In this document: piece after piece, positions 19,755 to 29,211 of the stretch | Numbering within the stretch: the stretch's first letter is position 1 | Layout: each line of letters opens with the position of its first letter | Assembly (NCBI GenBank): GCA_000503835.1 | Contig: CP006914.1 | Coordinates: 721,680 to 785,679 of the forward strand | Reading direction: 5' to 3' | Origin: a candidate division WWE3 bacterium RAAC2_WWE3_1 | Lineage (GTDB): Bacteria > Patescibacteriota > WWE3 > UBA101185 > UBA10185 | DNA length: 64,000 bases | Made by a program: the position numbers and the translations under genes | Notes under the pieces: model-generated | Told to the model about the DNA's origin: nothing | Seen by the model: the letters and a program-made list of their open reading frames with translations, nothing else | Database searches by the model: none

Positions 19755-20434
19755 TGATAGGCCGGATAAACACTAATAAGCATACGGGGGTAATCGAAGC
19801 CCCACTAAAGGTCGATAAGATTAGAAGTCTTTACAATTTTGCAAGTAATTTCTACGCTCTCGCTAACTTTATCGAAGAAAAACATCATTTAAGAGCTTTG
19901 CAGTTGGCAAATATTCAGTCGGAAGAAAAAGTCTTGGAAGTGGCCGTCGGGCTGGGATACACATTCTCGAAAATTCTGGGTAAAGTTGACGCTGAGAATA
20001 AAGTACACGGCATCGATCTTTCGGAGAAGATGCTAGATAAAACAAAAAAGCGTGCCATCAAAAACGGTTATTCAAACTTTGATCTTAAAATCGGCGACGC
20101 CCGCAACCTTCCGTATCCTGACCAAACGTTTGATGTAGTCTACAACAGTTACATGTTGGACCTCATTCCGCTAGCCGATATGCCCGTTGTCCTTAAAGAA
20201 TTTCACAGAGTTCTAAAAAAAGGAGGACGCCTGGTTCTGCTCAATTTCAGTAAAAAAGACACCTCTCCTGTTTTCGCGGAGACGCTTTACAGGTTAATGC
20301 CGTCTATGTGGTTTGGTTGCAGACCGGTACTTATGGAGTCGTTTGTTAAAGAAACCGGGTTTAAAGATGTGACAAGGGAAGTTCCCAGGTTTTTCCTATC
20401 TTTACCGTCGGAAATTGTTATGGCCAGAAAGTAG
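19754..20434 (+). CDS. Class I SAM-dependent methyltransferase (UbiE-like)
   Basis: VLEVAVGLG, GIDLS..ML, GDA..LP and RVLKKGG motifs; translationally coupled to the AbrB-like gene. Confidence 0.85.
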   Translation: MIGRINTNKHTGVIEAPLKVDKIRSLYNFASNFYALANFIEEKHHLRALQLANIQSEEKVLEVAVGLGYTFSKILGKVDAENKVHGIDLSEKMLDKTKKRAIKNGYSNFDLKIGDARNLPYPDQTFDVVYNSYMLDLIPLADMPVVLKEFHRVLKKGGRLVLLNFSKKDTSPVFAETLYRLMPSMWFGCRPVLMESFVKETGFKDVTREVPRFFLSLPSEIVMARK

Positions 20435-20685
20435 AGTGTGGGTGGGGACTTACCGACACGCTTCTTTATGAAACTTGCCGTTGTTTCTCTTAGTTCCTAA
20501 ACTTTACCGCCTTGTGCCGCGAGGATAAGTGCATTCTTCACCGTCTCTGTAGGAGTGTCTGTTAGTTTATTGATAATGCAAATAGGCACTCTTGTAAGAT
20601 AGGAAATTACATTCCAGTATTGTGCGGTCGTTTCCGGTGAGACTTTTATTTAAAGTTGATAAAGAATCGTCCGGAGAAAAAGAAA

Positions 20686-20735
20686 ACCGCCTTGGGGAGT
20701 TGTGAAAATCGCTTATTCACAGTCCCTTACGACGG
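20686..20735 (-). terminator. Long-stem hairpin with U-tract, copy 1 of a 50-bp dispersed repeat
   Basis: 43/50 identical to 23375-23424; followed by a T-run on the minus strand. Confidence 0.65.
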
Positions 20736-20771
20736 TTTGTTGTATTACGTATTTGAAGGCGGAGACTGCAA

Positions 20772-21014
20772 TCAATATCTCGGCGGTTCCGGTAGATCCA
20801 ATGCTGTTGCAACTGCTCTAAATGCCATGTAAAGACTATCAAGCATTTGGTCCCCGGTACTTTTAACAGCTTCTTTGGGAATCTCGCTTTTGTAGAATTT
20901 TATTATTTTGCCCTTGGAATCTGTCAACAACGCTACCCCCTCCGCAATGATTATTCCCCAAATTCCCCACCGGCTTTGGATCAAGTCCCCTACTAAGAAC
21001 TTTTCTTCTGACAT
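20772..21014 (-). CDS. Hypothetical protein
   Basis: AAGGAG RBS and its own terminator. Confidence 0.6.
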   Translation of the reverse strand: MSEEKFLVGDLIQSRWGIWGIIIAEGVALLTDSKGKIIKFYKSEIPKEAVKSTGDQMLDSLYMAFRAVATALDLPEPPRY

Positions 21015-21199
21015 GTCACTCTCCTTTTTTGTTATGTAGAAAGTTTAGCTTGGTAGTCGGCATTCTAAGCTATCAAAGTTACCTTGTAAAGTGTGGCTTA
21101 GTGGCCCTCGTATATTATTTATTAGAGACAGGGTATCAGCATAATTCCAGGAAAAAAATTGAACCCCGCACGATTGTGATCGTTTAGGGTTCTGTTTGT

Positions 21200-21502
21200 T
21201 TATCCGACGAATCTTGTGTCTCCTTTGGACGGGATTTCCCACACTTTTTGTTCGTTGTGTACCATCTCTACTACGGAGACACGATAGCCCTTCTTTCCTA
21301 CAAATTCTTCTCCGAATTCCTTCTCCAATAGTTTCCGTACGGGGTCGTTGATTCGTGAAAGCGATCCCATCACAGTTAGAAATGCTTCGCTAGCTGTACC
21401 CGCCTCGATTATACTATTTGATTTCTCGAGAAAACGAATTTCCGGCTCGTGGTCACGCGTAGCGAAATGAGGTTGAAAGACCTTAACATTGAACAGCATC
21501 AT
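21200..21502 (-). CDS. Hypothetical protein
   Basis: AAGGAG RBS; TTGACT..TAATAA-type promoter upstream. Confidence 0.55.
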   Translation of the reverse strand: MMLFNVKVFQPHFATRDHEPEIRFLEKSNSIIEAGTASEAFLTVMGSLSRINDPVRKLLEKEFGEEFVGKKGYRVSVVEMVHNEQKVWEIPSKGDTRFVG

Positions 21503-21803
21503 TTTTTCTCCTTTTCTATCTTGATAGCACGGGAATTTTATTACCCGATACCCCTCAAGTCAAGTACTACAGGATACTGGCTCTACACGACAGAGGGTGT
21601 TAGGTGGTATTTGTGTAAGCTTAGCTCTTTGCCAGTTCTTTTTTAATATCTTTTACAAAGTCGGATTTTAACAATTCCACCCAAGGTAAAAACAAGTACC
21701 AAGGTATTTGAAAAACTTTAAATTAATAGCAGAACTTAGCCAGGAGATTGGTAAACTCAAGAACAATTACTTTGACTCCTGCGCCGATACAGCCAGCCAA
21801 TGT

Positions 21804-22724
21804 TTAAAAAGCCCTATTTACCAGATAAACGCCTATCGTAATTGCCAATATTGCAAACATTCTCTGCGCAAGTGTCTTTCTTGATATATCCTCTTTTGAT
21901 ATTCTTGGAAAAAGAATTGTAAGTATTATTCCAAACAAAAACACAAAAAAAGGCTGGAGACCATTGATTATCCATATCAGTGTCACCGGAGCAAGTATGG
22001 ACGCATAATTGAAGGAAATTTTAGCAACTATATTTACAATTTCGTTTGTAATATTTACTCCCAGAACTTGAGTTTTATTTGTTTTTAATACACTAATAAA
22101 TCCATCTCTGTAGCTTTTGATAAAGATGAGTAAAAATAATCCGAATAATCCAAATCCAATATATTCCCAGAAACTTGTTATAAAGAAGTCTGTTTCCACT
22201 GCAAAATATTTAAAGAATATAAAATTAAGAGAATACAGAAGACTTGATAGTACCATCAAGAGGAATACATCCCACTTCATATGAATTTTTTTAATATCCG
22301 CTAGGTTGAGCGAAATGAAAACGGAAGATACAAGAATTATTATCCCTCCAAGGATTTGATTGATATCCAAAACCTCTCCTAGAAAGATATAACCAAGAAT
22401 AAAGGAGAAAACAGGAATCATTTGGAACAGTGGAACCGTTAGCGATGCGTCATCTTTATCAAGAGCGTAGAAGTAGGGTAAGGTTGCCAATAGATAAAAA
22501 GACCCGTTTACAACAATTAACAAGTAGCTAAGGTTGAATTGTTGAAGGACTACCGGGTGAATTATTGCTATTACCGGAAGGAGGAGTACGGAAACACTGG
22601 CTGAGAATATCATAACCGAACCAACAGCACCCTTGTTAAAGAACTTAGTTAGGAGATATTTATCTATATGGTTTGTAACGCTCCAAAGTATTGGGGGTAA
22701 GAGTGCCATTAAAAACCAATCCAT
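21804..22724 (-). CDS. EamA/DMT family transporter
   Basis: About 10 TMs with a duplicated EamA repeat (P.F..ILGYIFLGE). Confidence 0.85.
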   Translation of the reverse strand: MDWFLMALLPPILWSVTNHIDKYLLTKFFNKGAVGSVMIFSASVSVLLLPVIAIIHPVVLQQFNLSYLLIVVNGSFYLLATLPYFYALDKDDASLTVPLFQMIPVFSFILGYIFLGEVLDINQILGGIIILVSSVFISLNLADIKKIHMKWDVFLLMVLSSLLYSLNFIFFKYFAVETDFFITSFWEYIGFGLFGLFLLIFIKSYRDGFISVLKTNKTQVLGVNITNEIVNIVAKISFNYASILAPVTLIWIINGLQPFFVFLFGIILTILFPRISKEDISRKTLAQRMFAILAITIGVYLVNRAF

Positions 22725-22810
22725 ACGGAGATTATATCAGGGTTCGATTGTTATCCGGTGGGTTTTTTTGTTATGTTAAGTAAGATTTGTCTCCCCCTCG
22801 CCGACCGTAA

Positions 22811-22841
22811 CCTTAACATAACTAAGTATTTTATGCGAACC
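22811..22841 (-). other. dif-like (XerC/XerD) site with 9-bp spacer
   Basis: Minus strand reads GGTTCGCATAA-AATACTTAG-TTATGTTAAGG, versus E. coli dif GGTGCGCATAA-N6-TTATGTTAAAT. Confidence 0.5.
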
Positions 22842-22894
22842 ATTAAGATATTTGAGGATTTTAAGCTAGTACAAGGATTGAGGGAAGAAATAAA

Positions 22895-23272
22895 TTATTT
22901 CAAATTTCCATCAGAAAAATAATGCGATTCATCCTGAAACCTATTTGGCCAGAAGTCCAACTGTTCTCCTGGAATATTTAGTCTTTTACCAAAATCAATT
23001 ATCGGTTTCCAAGAGTTAGCATGAGGTTTTACATCAAAAACCTTGTTTTTAAAAAGTACAATTAGCCTCTCATCATTATAAAGGTGGGCATACCACGTCC
23101 CCTCGCTCTTCATATTTTTTTGAATCTTATTAATCACTTCCTGTAACTGAGAATCGTCAATTTCAATTCCATAGATACGCCACGACCCGTCTTGTTTTTT
23201 AGCGAATATTTTAAAAGAGTTTATAAATTCCTGGTCAATAAATTCCTGGTCAATAATAATTCCATGGTACAT
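22895..23272 (-). CDS. Hypothetical protein
   Basis: 125-aa ORF with TATAAT immediately upstream (leaderless-type). Confidence 0.7.
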   Translation of the reverse strand: MYHGIIIDQEFIDQEFINSFKIFAKKQDGSWRIYGIEIDDSQLQEVINKIQKNMKSEGTWYAHLYNDERLIVLFKNKVFDVKPHANSWKPIIDFGKRLNIPGEQLDFWPNRFQDESHYFSDGNLK

Positions 23273-23374
23273 ACGAAGATTATATCATCAGTTATCTTAA
23301 GTAAGATTTGGCTCACCATACACAACTATATCCGAGTATTATGAAAATGCTGGTGGGCTGTTAAGAGAAAAAAT

Positions 23375-23424
23375 ACCGCCTTGGGGAACTGTGAAAATTG
23401 CTTATTCACGTTTCCTTACGGCGG
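23375..23424 (-). terminator. Long-stem hairpin, copy 2 of the 50-bp dispersed repeat
   Basis: See 20686-20735. Confidence 0.65.
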
Positions 23425-23452
23425 AGTGAGCTTAAATTTTATTTAAAGCATT

Positions 23453-23743
23453 TTATGGGAACAAGGCAAGGATAAGAGTTCCAAATAGGTGAAATGCGGC
23501 CAGCGCTGCAAACGAAAGAAACACAAGACCTGCTGCCACATACCCCCGTCCTGTGTGTTTGAGGAAAATTACCCCAATAATCACAGCGCAGGAACCATAG
23601 ATCGTGCTCAGCACAATTTCAAGCGGTTTAGATACAGCATATAGACCGATGTAGCCCAAAAAATCATAGATTACAGCAAGGTAAAATATTACCGCTACGG
23701 TGACTAATAGCCACATCAGATTTTTTTGTGCCTTAATAAACAT
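23453..23743 (-). CDS. Hypothetical 3-TM membrane protein
   Basis: AAGGAG RBS, own promoter and terminator. Confidence 0.65.
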   Translation of the reverse strand: MFIKAQKNLMWLLVTVAVIFYLAVIYDFLGYIGLYAVSKPLEIVLSTIYGSCAVIIGVIFLKHTGRGYVAAGLVFLSFAALAAFHLFGTLILALFP

Positions 23744-24050
23744 GATTTTCTCTCCTTTTATCTATACAGTCCGCAAAGAATTTGTGCGGTTTATGAACGA
23801 TTTGTAGAGATTATAGCTTAGAATGGGTGAATAGTCAACCTATAGTGTAGATATTGGCTCGCTAGTTGGGGCGCTTTTCGTACTATGGAAATAGAGAGTT
23901 TTGTTTATGAAGAGGCTTTAGAAGTTTTGAGTTAGTAATTACCCCACACCTTCACACACTTTACTTTTTGATAAAAAAAGAGCCCTCTATTTTCATAGTG
24001 AGCTCTGTTTGCCGTAATGGCGATAAATATTTCTTTTGACGTTCTTGTCT

Positions 24051-24251
24051 CTATTCGGCTACAACGAGTTCGTATTCGCCGCAATCGCAGTGAGCAGTTC
24101 TGGAACCGAGGTTTCCCGATGTTTCGCGAGACAGGTGCACATGGCTACCATGACAATATGGGCAATCGCCCACGATGATGCAAAAACCGCCAACCTTCAA
24201 TTTCATCCCAACTCTTGCTTTTGCTGTAGGGAGATTTTTTTCTTCTGGCAT
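24051..24251 (-). CDS. Small Cys/His-rich (zinc-ribbon-like) phage-type protein
   Basis: CPYC..SHVH...G.RTAHC; GGAGG RBS. Confidence 0.6.
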   Translation of the reverse strand: MPEEKNLPTAKARVGMKLKVGGFCIIVGDCPYCHGSHVHLSRETSGNLGSRTAHCDCGEYELVVAE

Positions 24252-24260
24252 TTCTTCCTC

Positions 24261-24656
24261 CTAGCTCACAACGTAGTAGTAGGGCATGCCGCCTGGAAGT
24301 GCTGACCACATTTCGCGCGGAAGACAGGGTTTGACCTTGCCAATGGCGATGCCAAGCTGGAACAGTTGCTCCATAGTTTGGTGCATTCCCGTCCATTGGT
24401 TACCGTTTCGGTCGAAGCAAGCGTTCAGGAAAGACATACCTCCACCACCAGAAACCTTGAAATCATCAGGCAGTCCGGCGAGCATTGCTTCGATGTCTTT
24501 GCGGTGACTCTCGAGTCGCTGTGGGTTGAATCCGACCGTGCATGTAATGCCTTCGGCATTGACATGGTTCGTTGTGTCTTCGCCGTCCTTGAACATGCAG
24601 TCGTTAAAGACCGCGACGACCTTCTCTGCTGTTAAAGCATTCTGGTCCATTTTCAC
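24261..24656 (-). CDS. Conserved hypothetical protein, phage-type
   Basis: GGG.SFLNAC.D..G.QWTG.H..MEQL..LG...LPGGMPY; AAGGAG RBS. Family recognised from memory only. Confidence 0.7.
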   Translation of the reverse strand: MKMDQNALTAEKVVAVFNDCMFKDGEDTTNHVNAEGITCTVGFNPQRLESHRKDIEAMLAGLPDDFKVSGGGGMSFLNACFDRNGNQWTGMHQTMEQLFQLGIAIGKVKPCLPREMWSALPGGMPYYYVVS

Positions 24657-24786
24657 CTCTCTCCTTTGTTATTGGTGGATATTGATAGCGGTATTATAAG
24701 GTAAAATCGTGGTTTAATCAACCTGTAGTGTATGATACATGTTCTGAAACATAGACACGGTCTTTGTAGAAAGAGATGTAATAGGC

Positions 24787-25275
24787 TAATAGTTTCAGGA
24801 GTTTACAGGTGAAAGAAACGAGCTTATAGACCAAAGGAAGAGGCTAAACACAAAGGACAGTAGCTTTTATGAGAAAACTGCAACACTTTACGACGTTGCC
24901 CAAGAGGGTATAGCGATTTATGAAGGTTCAAAAGAATTTGGAAAGCGCAGACTTATAAAGCTTATGTTCACAGATATGGTTCTAAATAGTGGGAACCTAC
25001 CTTTTGCCTATACAAAGCCTTATAAGACATTAAGAAAAGCTGTAGAAGAAACTAACGGTTCGAAAATAGCTGAAAATCCTACCTTTATGAAAAATATTTT
25101 CGAACTCAAGGATTTCAGCGAAGTGAAAGCAAAAATGGAGCTTTTGGGCGTCGATTGTTCTAATTGGCTCCGAGCTGTGCAGGAACTTAGAACCGTTATT
25201 TTAAGCGGTCGGCACTCCTACGAAATGGAGGCGGCTGTCAAAAAGCTCCGAGGAGAAGAACCGTTCGATGAGTAA
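24787..25275 (+). pseudogene. C-terminal remnant of a large serine recombinase (copy 1), reading through the att core
   Basis: In frame QEFTGERNELIDQRKRLN...LFKLM-like segment KLMFTDM...CSNWLRAVQELRT; paralogous to 34726-35190; no catalytic domain. Confidence 0.65.
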
Positions 25276-25427
25276 ACGATGAGGTGGATGGAGAGGGTTA
25301 AGCCTGTAGCCAGTTCACGCTAAAAGGCGAAATTTTAGTGAATTGAATACTGTTTATTGTTCTTATTCACTAAACTTCAAAAGTGAACTGGAAAGGACCT
25401 TCAACGCCCTTTCCAGTTAAAAAGAGG

Positions 25428-28307
25428 TTATTCTGGAAAGCTGTACTTTTGTTCTCGTTTTTGGAATGCCTCTTGACCTCCCTCGAGAATTTCACAGACA
25501 TGCTGCCGAATCCCTTTGCGATATAAAATCGCTGGCTCTTCTGTAGCCTCTAACTCAAAGGTATTTTCAAGCGCACCAGAAACGTACTCAAAGCGAAACT
25601 TCTTATTTTCTCTCCCCACCTCCTGTCCGGACTGATTCGCAACAACTGTTTCTTCCGCGTCCGCACCGACAACAAGATTCGGGTTATGAGTGACAATGAC
25701 AATTTGCCTCTGCAATTTTTTCTTTTTCAAGAAATCAACCAAGTCATCATATACAGATCGATTATCAAGATCGTCCTCTGGCTGATCGAGAAGAATAGGC
25801 CACTCTTCGTCACTTAAATTAATAAGCAGCTGTAGAAGTACTAATCCCTTTTTGCCCGGTGACATTTTGTCGAGAGAGTCATTTTTATAGAAAATCCTGA
25901 AGTCGAGATAAAAATAGTTTTCCAAAAGCTTGGCAACAGCATCTTTTGGCTGTCGGTTCTTGACGGTGTTTATCGTCCCCTCGATAAGCCCCTCAAATAC
26001 TGTCGTCATATTGGCCAAATGTTTGGCCGGATCGTACTTGTAAACGAATTCATCACCCCACTCTGCCTCTACAATGACGCGCTTGAGGTCATTTTTATTT
26101 ATATATTCTTTAACCACGTCTGAGTTGAAGACATCGTCGTTAAAACTGACATGTACTCCAAGGGTGATTTCACCGAATTTACTTTCAAATTTCTTGAACT
26201 CATTCCGTAAGCCTTCATGCTTAGCAACTATCAATTTATATGAATCAATGACCCCGTCAGCCTTCTTTTTATAGGAGGCCTTCTTCGTCTTGAGATTATT
26301 TCTCTTGATGGCGATCTCATTTAATTTCTGTTGTTCTTTTTTAATAGCGTCGGTTTTTTCTTGAAGCTCCGATTGTAACTTAACTTTAGCTAGCAAAGGT
26401 GCTAACTCCGCTTTGATTTTGATTAGCTCCGCGTTGTAAGTCGTGATCTTTGTGTCGATAGCCGTAACCAAATTTGTGGTAGCAGATTTTACATTCGGAG
26501 CAAATGAATCCACTACTTTTAGTTCGATTTTAAACTTGGCTTTGATTTCAGCATCGTTGAGATATGCTTCATATTCGTCTGCCATTGTCCGCAAACCATC
26601 GACTTGGGATACCAAGCTGGTGTTGAGGTTTTTAATCGTCTTTTTATCTTCTTCGAGATTTGAAACTTGAGTAGTAATGTCCTTTTCTTTTGTTACCAAG
26701 TCCTCGTACTGCTTAAGTTGCTCTTCCGATAAGCCTGATTTTGCTTTGATATCATCGGCTTGTTTTTGGAGGGTTTGTATATAGCTCTCAATACCTTTTT
26801 CATCACCGGTCTGCTTCAGTTCTTCTTCGGTTTTCTTAATATCGTCCCGATCAGAAAATAGCTCACCAATCTCGGTTGGGATAGACTTAACCTTAACCTT
26901 TATTTCTTGCACGGTCTCCTCGTATTTTTCTCTGATAGTCGGTTCTTGAAGAATTACATTCAAAACAAACTCATTAAGTGCCTCACGGCTTTTAATGTTT
27001 GCTTCTGAAAGAGTGTTTAGATATTTCTGCGGTATATAAAGAATTTTTCGCTCCTTAGACTCATCTTCTGTGGCTCCATCCGGCACTCTTAGCAAAGTAC
27101 GCTGACCATCTTTCCACGTTACTTCAAAATTGAAATCAACTGATGCATCAAAGTCGTATTTTACCGGTACCCCACTATCAGCTGTCCGGTTCTTAACTTC
27201 TTCTCGGTCAATCGTTTTGGCCATGTAATAAAGCAATAGAGACTTGCCGGTTGATTTGCCTCCAATAATCGTAGTTAGATTTTGATTGATCTCAATTGAC
27301 TCACTGCCAAATTTTGCATCGCTGGTATTATCAAGAAAGCGGACTTTATCGATAACAAAATAAGATTTTTTCTCTTCGGGTTTTTGAGGGCCGACAAAGA
27401 TACGTTGCTCTGGTTCGTAAATAATCTGCTTCAATCCCTCAAATGTAGGGTCTGCTTTAATCCATAAGAAATTATCATCCTGATCGCATCGGCCAAGGTC
27501 TCTAAGTGACCTTGCGTCTGAACTAATATGGGCGCAAAACTTTGATGTAAGTGTTGCATTGGTCTTAATATATTCAGAAACAGCAACGGAAGATTGATTG
27601 TGCTGTGACTGTAAAAGATTTACTTTCTGATGATTGAAAATATCCGCGAGATGAGTTCTGTCTGTGCTTGTCCTTTCCTGAAATAACCCATTGCTACTAT
27701 TACAGTGAGGATAGATCACGATGCTGTTATTCTTTTTTGCCTCATTTAAGATATCCTTTATATCCGCAGTCGTTGTAGTAAGCACCCCATCTACATTCGT
27801 TCGATTGTTAATATTGAATTTCGTTAAAAAAGCATGAATCCCAGCCGAAAAAGTTTCTTTTCCATAAAGCTTCTCCCGGAAAAATAAAAGCATGTGAATG
27901 CCTTGGCAGTTGATTTCAACACCCGGTATCACTTTGCACCGAGATTGTTTTGCATATTCTATAAAAGAATCGAGCAAGCAATCATCAAAATAGTTATGAT
28001 CCGTAATGCCAATGCATTCAAGTTCGGGATTAAAGACGTCTAAAAATGCAAAATAACTTCTGACGTAATTAACACATCGATCATTCTTGGGAATGGCCGT
28101 ATCGTTAAAATAAGCCTTCGAGTCATACAGCAGAGCATTCTCTTCGCCACCAACTTTAGCAATGTATTGTTGCCAACCGGTAGGATTCGCTAGTTTTAGC
28201 TCTTCGGAATATTGACTAAGGGATATGTAGCCATCGTCCAATATGGTTTGCGTTTGCAAGTCCCATTTTCGCCATATTGAACCTTTTGTATATGGAAAGT
28301 TGCTCAT
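25428..28307 (-). CDS. PHP-domain + ABC/SMC-type ATPase (TrlF/Ppl-like), putative anti-phage protein
   Basis: WRKWDL, ITDHN, PGVE and SSDA; Walker A GGKSTGKS; long coiled coil; MSPG, LLDQPEDDLD and VTHN. Confidence 0.85.
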   Translation of the reverse strand: MSNFPYTKGSIWRKWDLQTQTILDDGYISLSQYSEELKLANPTGWQQYIAKVGGEENALLYDSKAYFNDTAIPKNDRCVNYVRSYFAFLDVFNPELECIGITDHNYFDDCLLDSFIEYAKQSRCKVIPGVEINCQGIHMLLFFREKLYGKETFSAGIHAFLTKFNINNRTNVDGVLTTTTADIKDILNEAKKNNSIVIYPHCNSSNGLFQERTSTDRTHLADIFNHQKVNLLQSQHNQSSVAVSEYIKTNATLTSKFCAHISSDARSLRDLGRCDQDDNFLWIKADPTFEGLKQIIYEPEQRIFVGPQKPEEKKSYFVIDKVRFLDNTSDAKFGSESIEINQNLTTIIGGKSTGKSLLLYYMAKTIDREEVKNRTADSGVPVKYDFDASVDFNFEVTWKDGQRTLLRVPDGATEDESKERKILYIPQKYLNTLSEANIKSREALNEFVLNVILQEPTIREKYEETVQEIKVKVKSIPTEIGELFSDRDDIKKTEEELKQTGDEKGIESYIQTLQKQADDIKAKSGLSEEQLKQYEDLVTKEKDITTQVSNLEEDKKTIKNLNTSLVSQVDGLRTMADEYEAYLNDAEIKAKFKIELKVVDSFAPNVKSATTNLVTAIDTKITTYNAELIKIKAELAPLLAKVKLQSELQEKTDAIKKEQQKLNEIAIKRNNLKTKKASYKKKADGVIDSYKLIVAKHEGLRNEFKKFESKFGEITLGVHVSFNDDVFNSDVVKEYINKNDLKRVIVEAEWGDEFVYKYDPAKHLANMTTVFEGLIEGTINTVKNRQPKDAVAKLLENYFYLDFRIFYKNDSLDKMSPGKKGLVLLQLLINLSDEEWPILLDQPEDDLDNRSVYDDLVDFLKKKKLQRQIVIVTHNPNLVVGADAEETVVANQSGQEVGRENKKFRFEYVSGALENTFELEATEEPAILYRKGIRQHVCEILEGGQEAFQKREQKYSFPE

Positions 28308-28311
28308 AAGC

Positions 28312-29109
28312 TTAATTCGATTTTTGGTTAAAATATATTACCTTATCTATTTTCTTAAAAAGAAAATTCAAGAATGACAACAGGTCCAGAGCCTCTTCTC
28401 GGTTAATAGGCCAATCAAGTGCTGGTTCATGGGCTTGGGGGTTACGAATAGCTCGCATTAGACCTACCGAAAGATGCATAACACCCTCTTGTTCATTCTT
28501 TTCAGTTCTTGTCTGTTGTGCATTCAGCTTAAGCGTACCGGTAAGCGCAAGAGCGTTTTCCATTAATCGCGATCCATACTCAGACATCTGAGATTTTTCT
28601 TGAATTTCTTTGTCATAAACCTTGCAACATTCAAAGACCGCATGAAAATAATTTCTCTCGGTAAATAGTTTTCGAGCATGCTGGGAAATTTTATTGTGAA
28701 ATTTACGGTCATCAAAAATTTTGGCGTTCTCCGGTATAGCCTTCGATAAAGATGTGATTTTCTCTCCGGACTTCCGTAGCTTCCCATCATCGCCAACCAG
28801 CAAACCGTAAAACCTTAAAATTTGATTCACTTGTTTACAAATAACCTCATGTTTTTCTGGAGCAGAAAAATACTCCTGTGGATCACAAAGTTGTTGAATC
28901 AGCGTCGCGATGTTAAATGTGCCGTAGGTCTGTTTCTGCATTGCTTCCAGAGCAGCATAAACGAACCGCCACTTCGTGCCGCCATCATGGGATATCTCTG
29001 GAAAGCCTGCTTTACGAAAAAGCTCGGATATTTCTGACCCGGTATAGTTGTCTCCGATTATTTTTGCCAGTGCTTCAAGGGCAGGCAACTTAAATGGTTC
29101 TAATTCCAT
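28312..29109 (-). CDS. TIGR02391-family protein with AbiJ-N-like N-terminus and HEPN-like RxxxxH
   Basis: Start re-called at MELEP; TGSEI..LF and TKWR; HAVFE, EQEG and IRNPQAHE. Confidence 0.8.
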   Translation of the reverse strand: MELEPFKLPALEALAKIIGDNYTGSEISELFRKAGFPEISHDGGTKWRFVYAALEAMQKQTYGTFNIATLIQQLCDPQEYFSAPEKHEVICKQVNQILRFYGLLVGDDGKLRKSGEKITSLSKAIPENAKIFDDRKFHNKISQHARKLFTERNYFHAVFECCKVYDKEIQEKSQMSEYGSRLMENALALTGTLKLNAQQTRTEKNEQEGVMHLSVGLMRAIRNPQAHEPALDWPINREEALDLLSFLNFLFKKIDKVIYFNQKSN

Positions 29110-29211
29110 ATTCGCTACTTTAGTAATCCACAACCGAACCGCTTCCGTTTTCGTAAGATTTTCGGTATAATGGAAATATAGCACTTTCGGCTTTAAACAT
29201 CAATCAAACTT

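Noticed and set aside
20493-20650. Minus-strand open stretch (KVSPETTAQYWNV...AAQGGKV)
   Set aside because: No start codon or recognisable family; at most a gene fragment.
20686-23424. Integron attC sites
   Set aside because: No RYYYAAC/GTTRRRY boxes in the hairpins, and no IntI-type integrase is recognisable.
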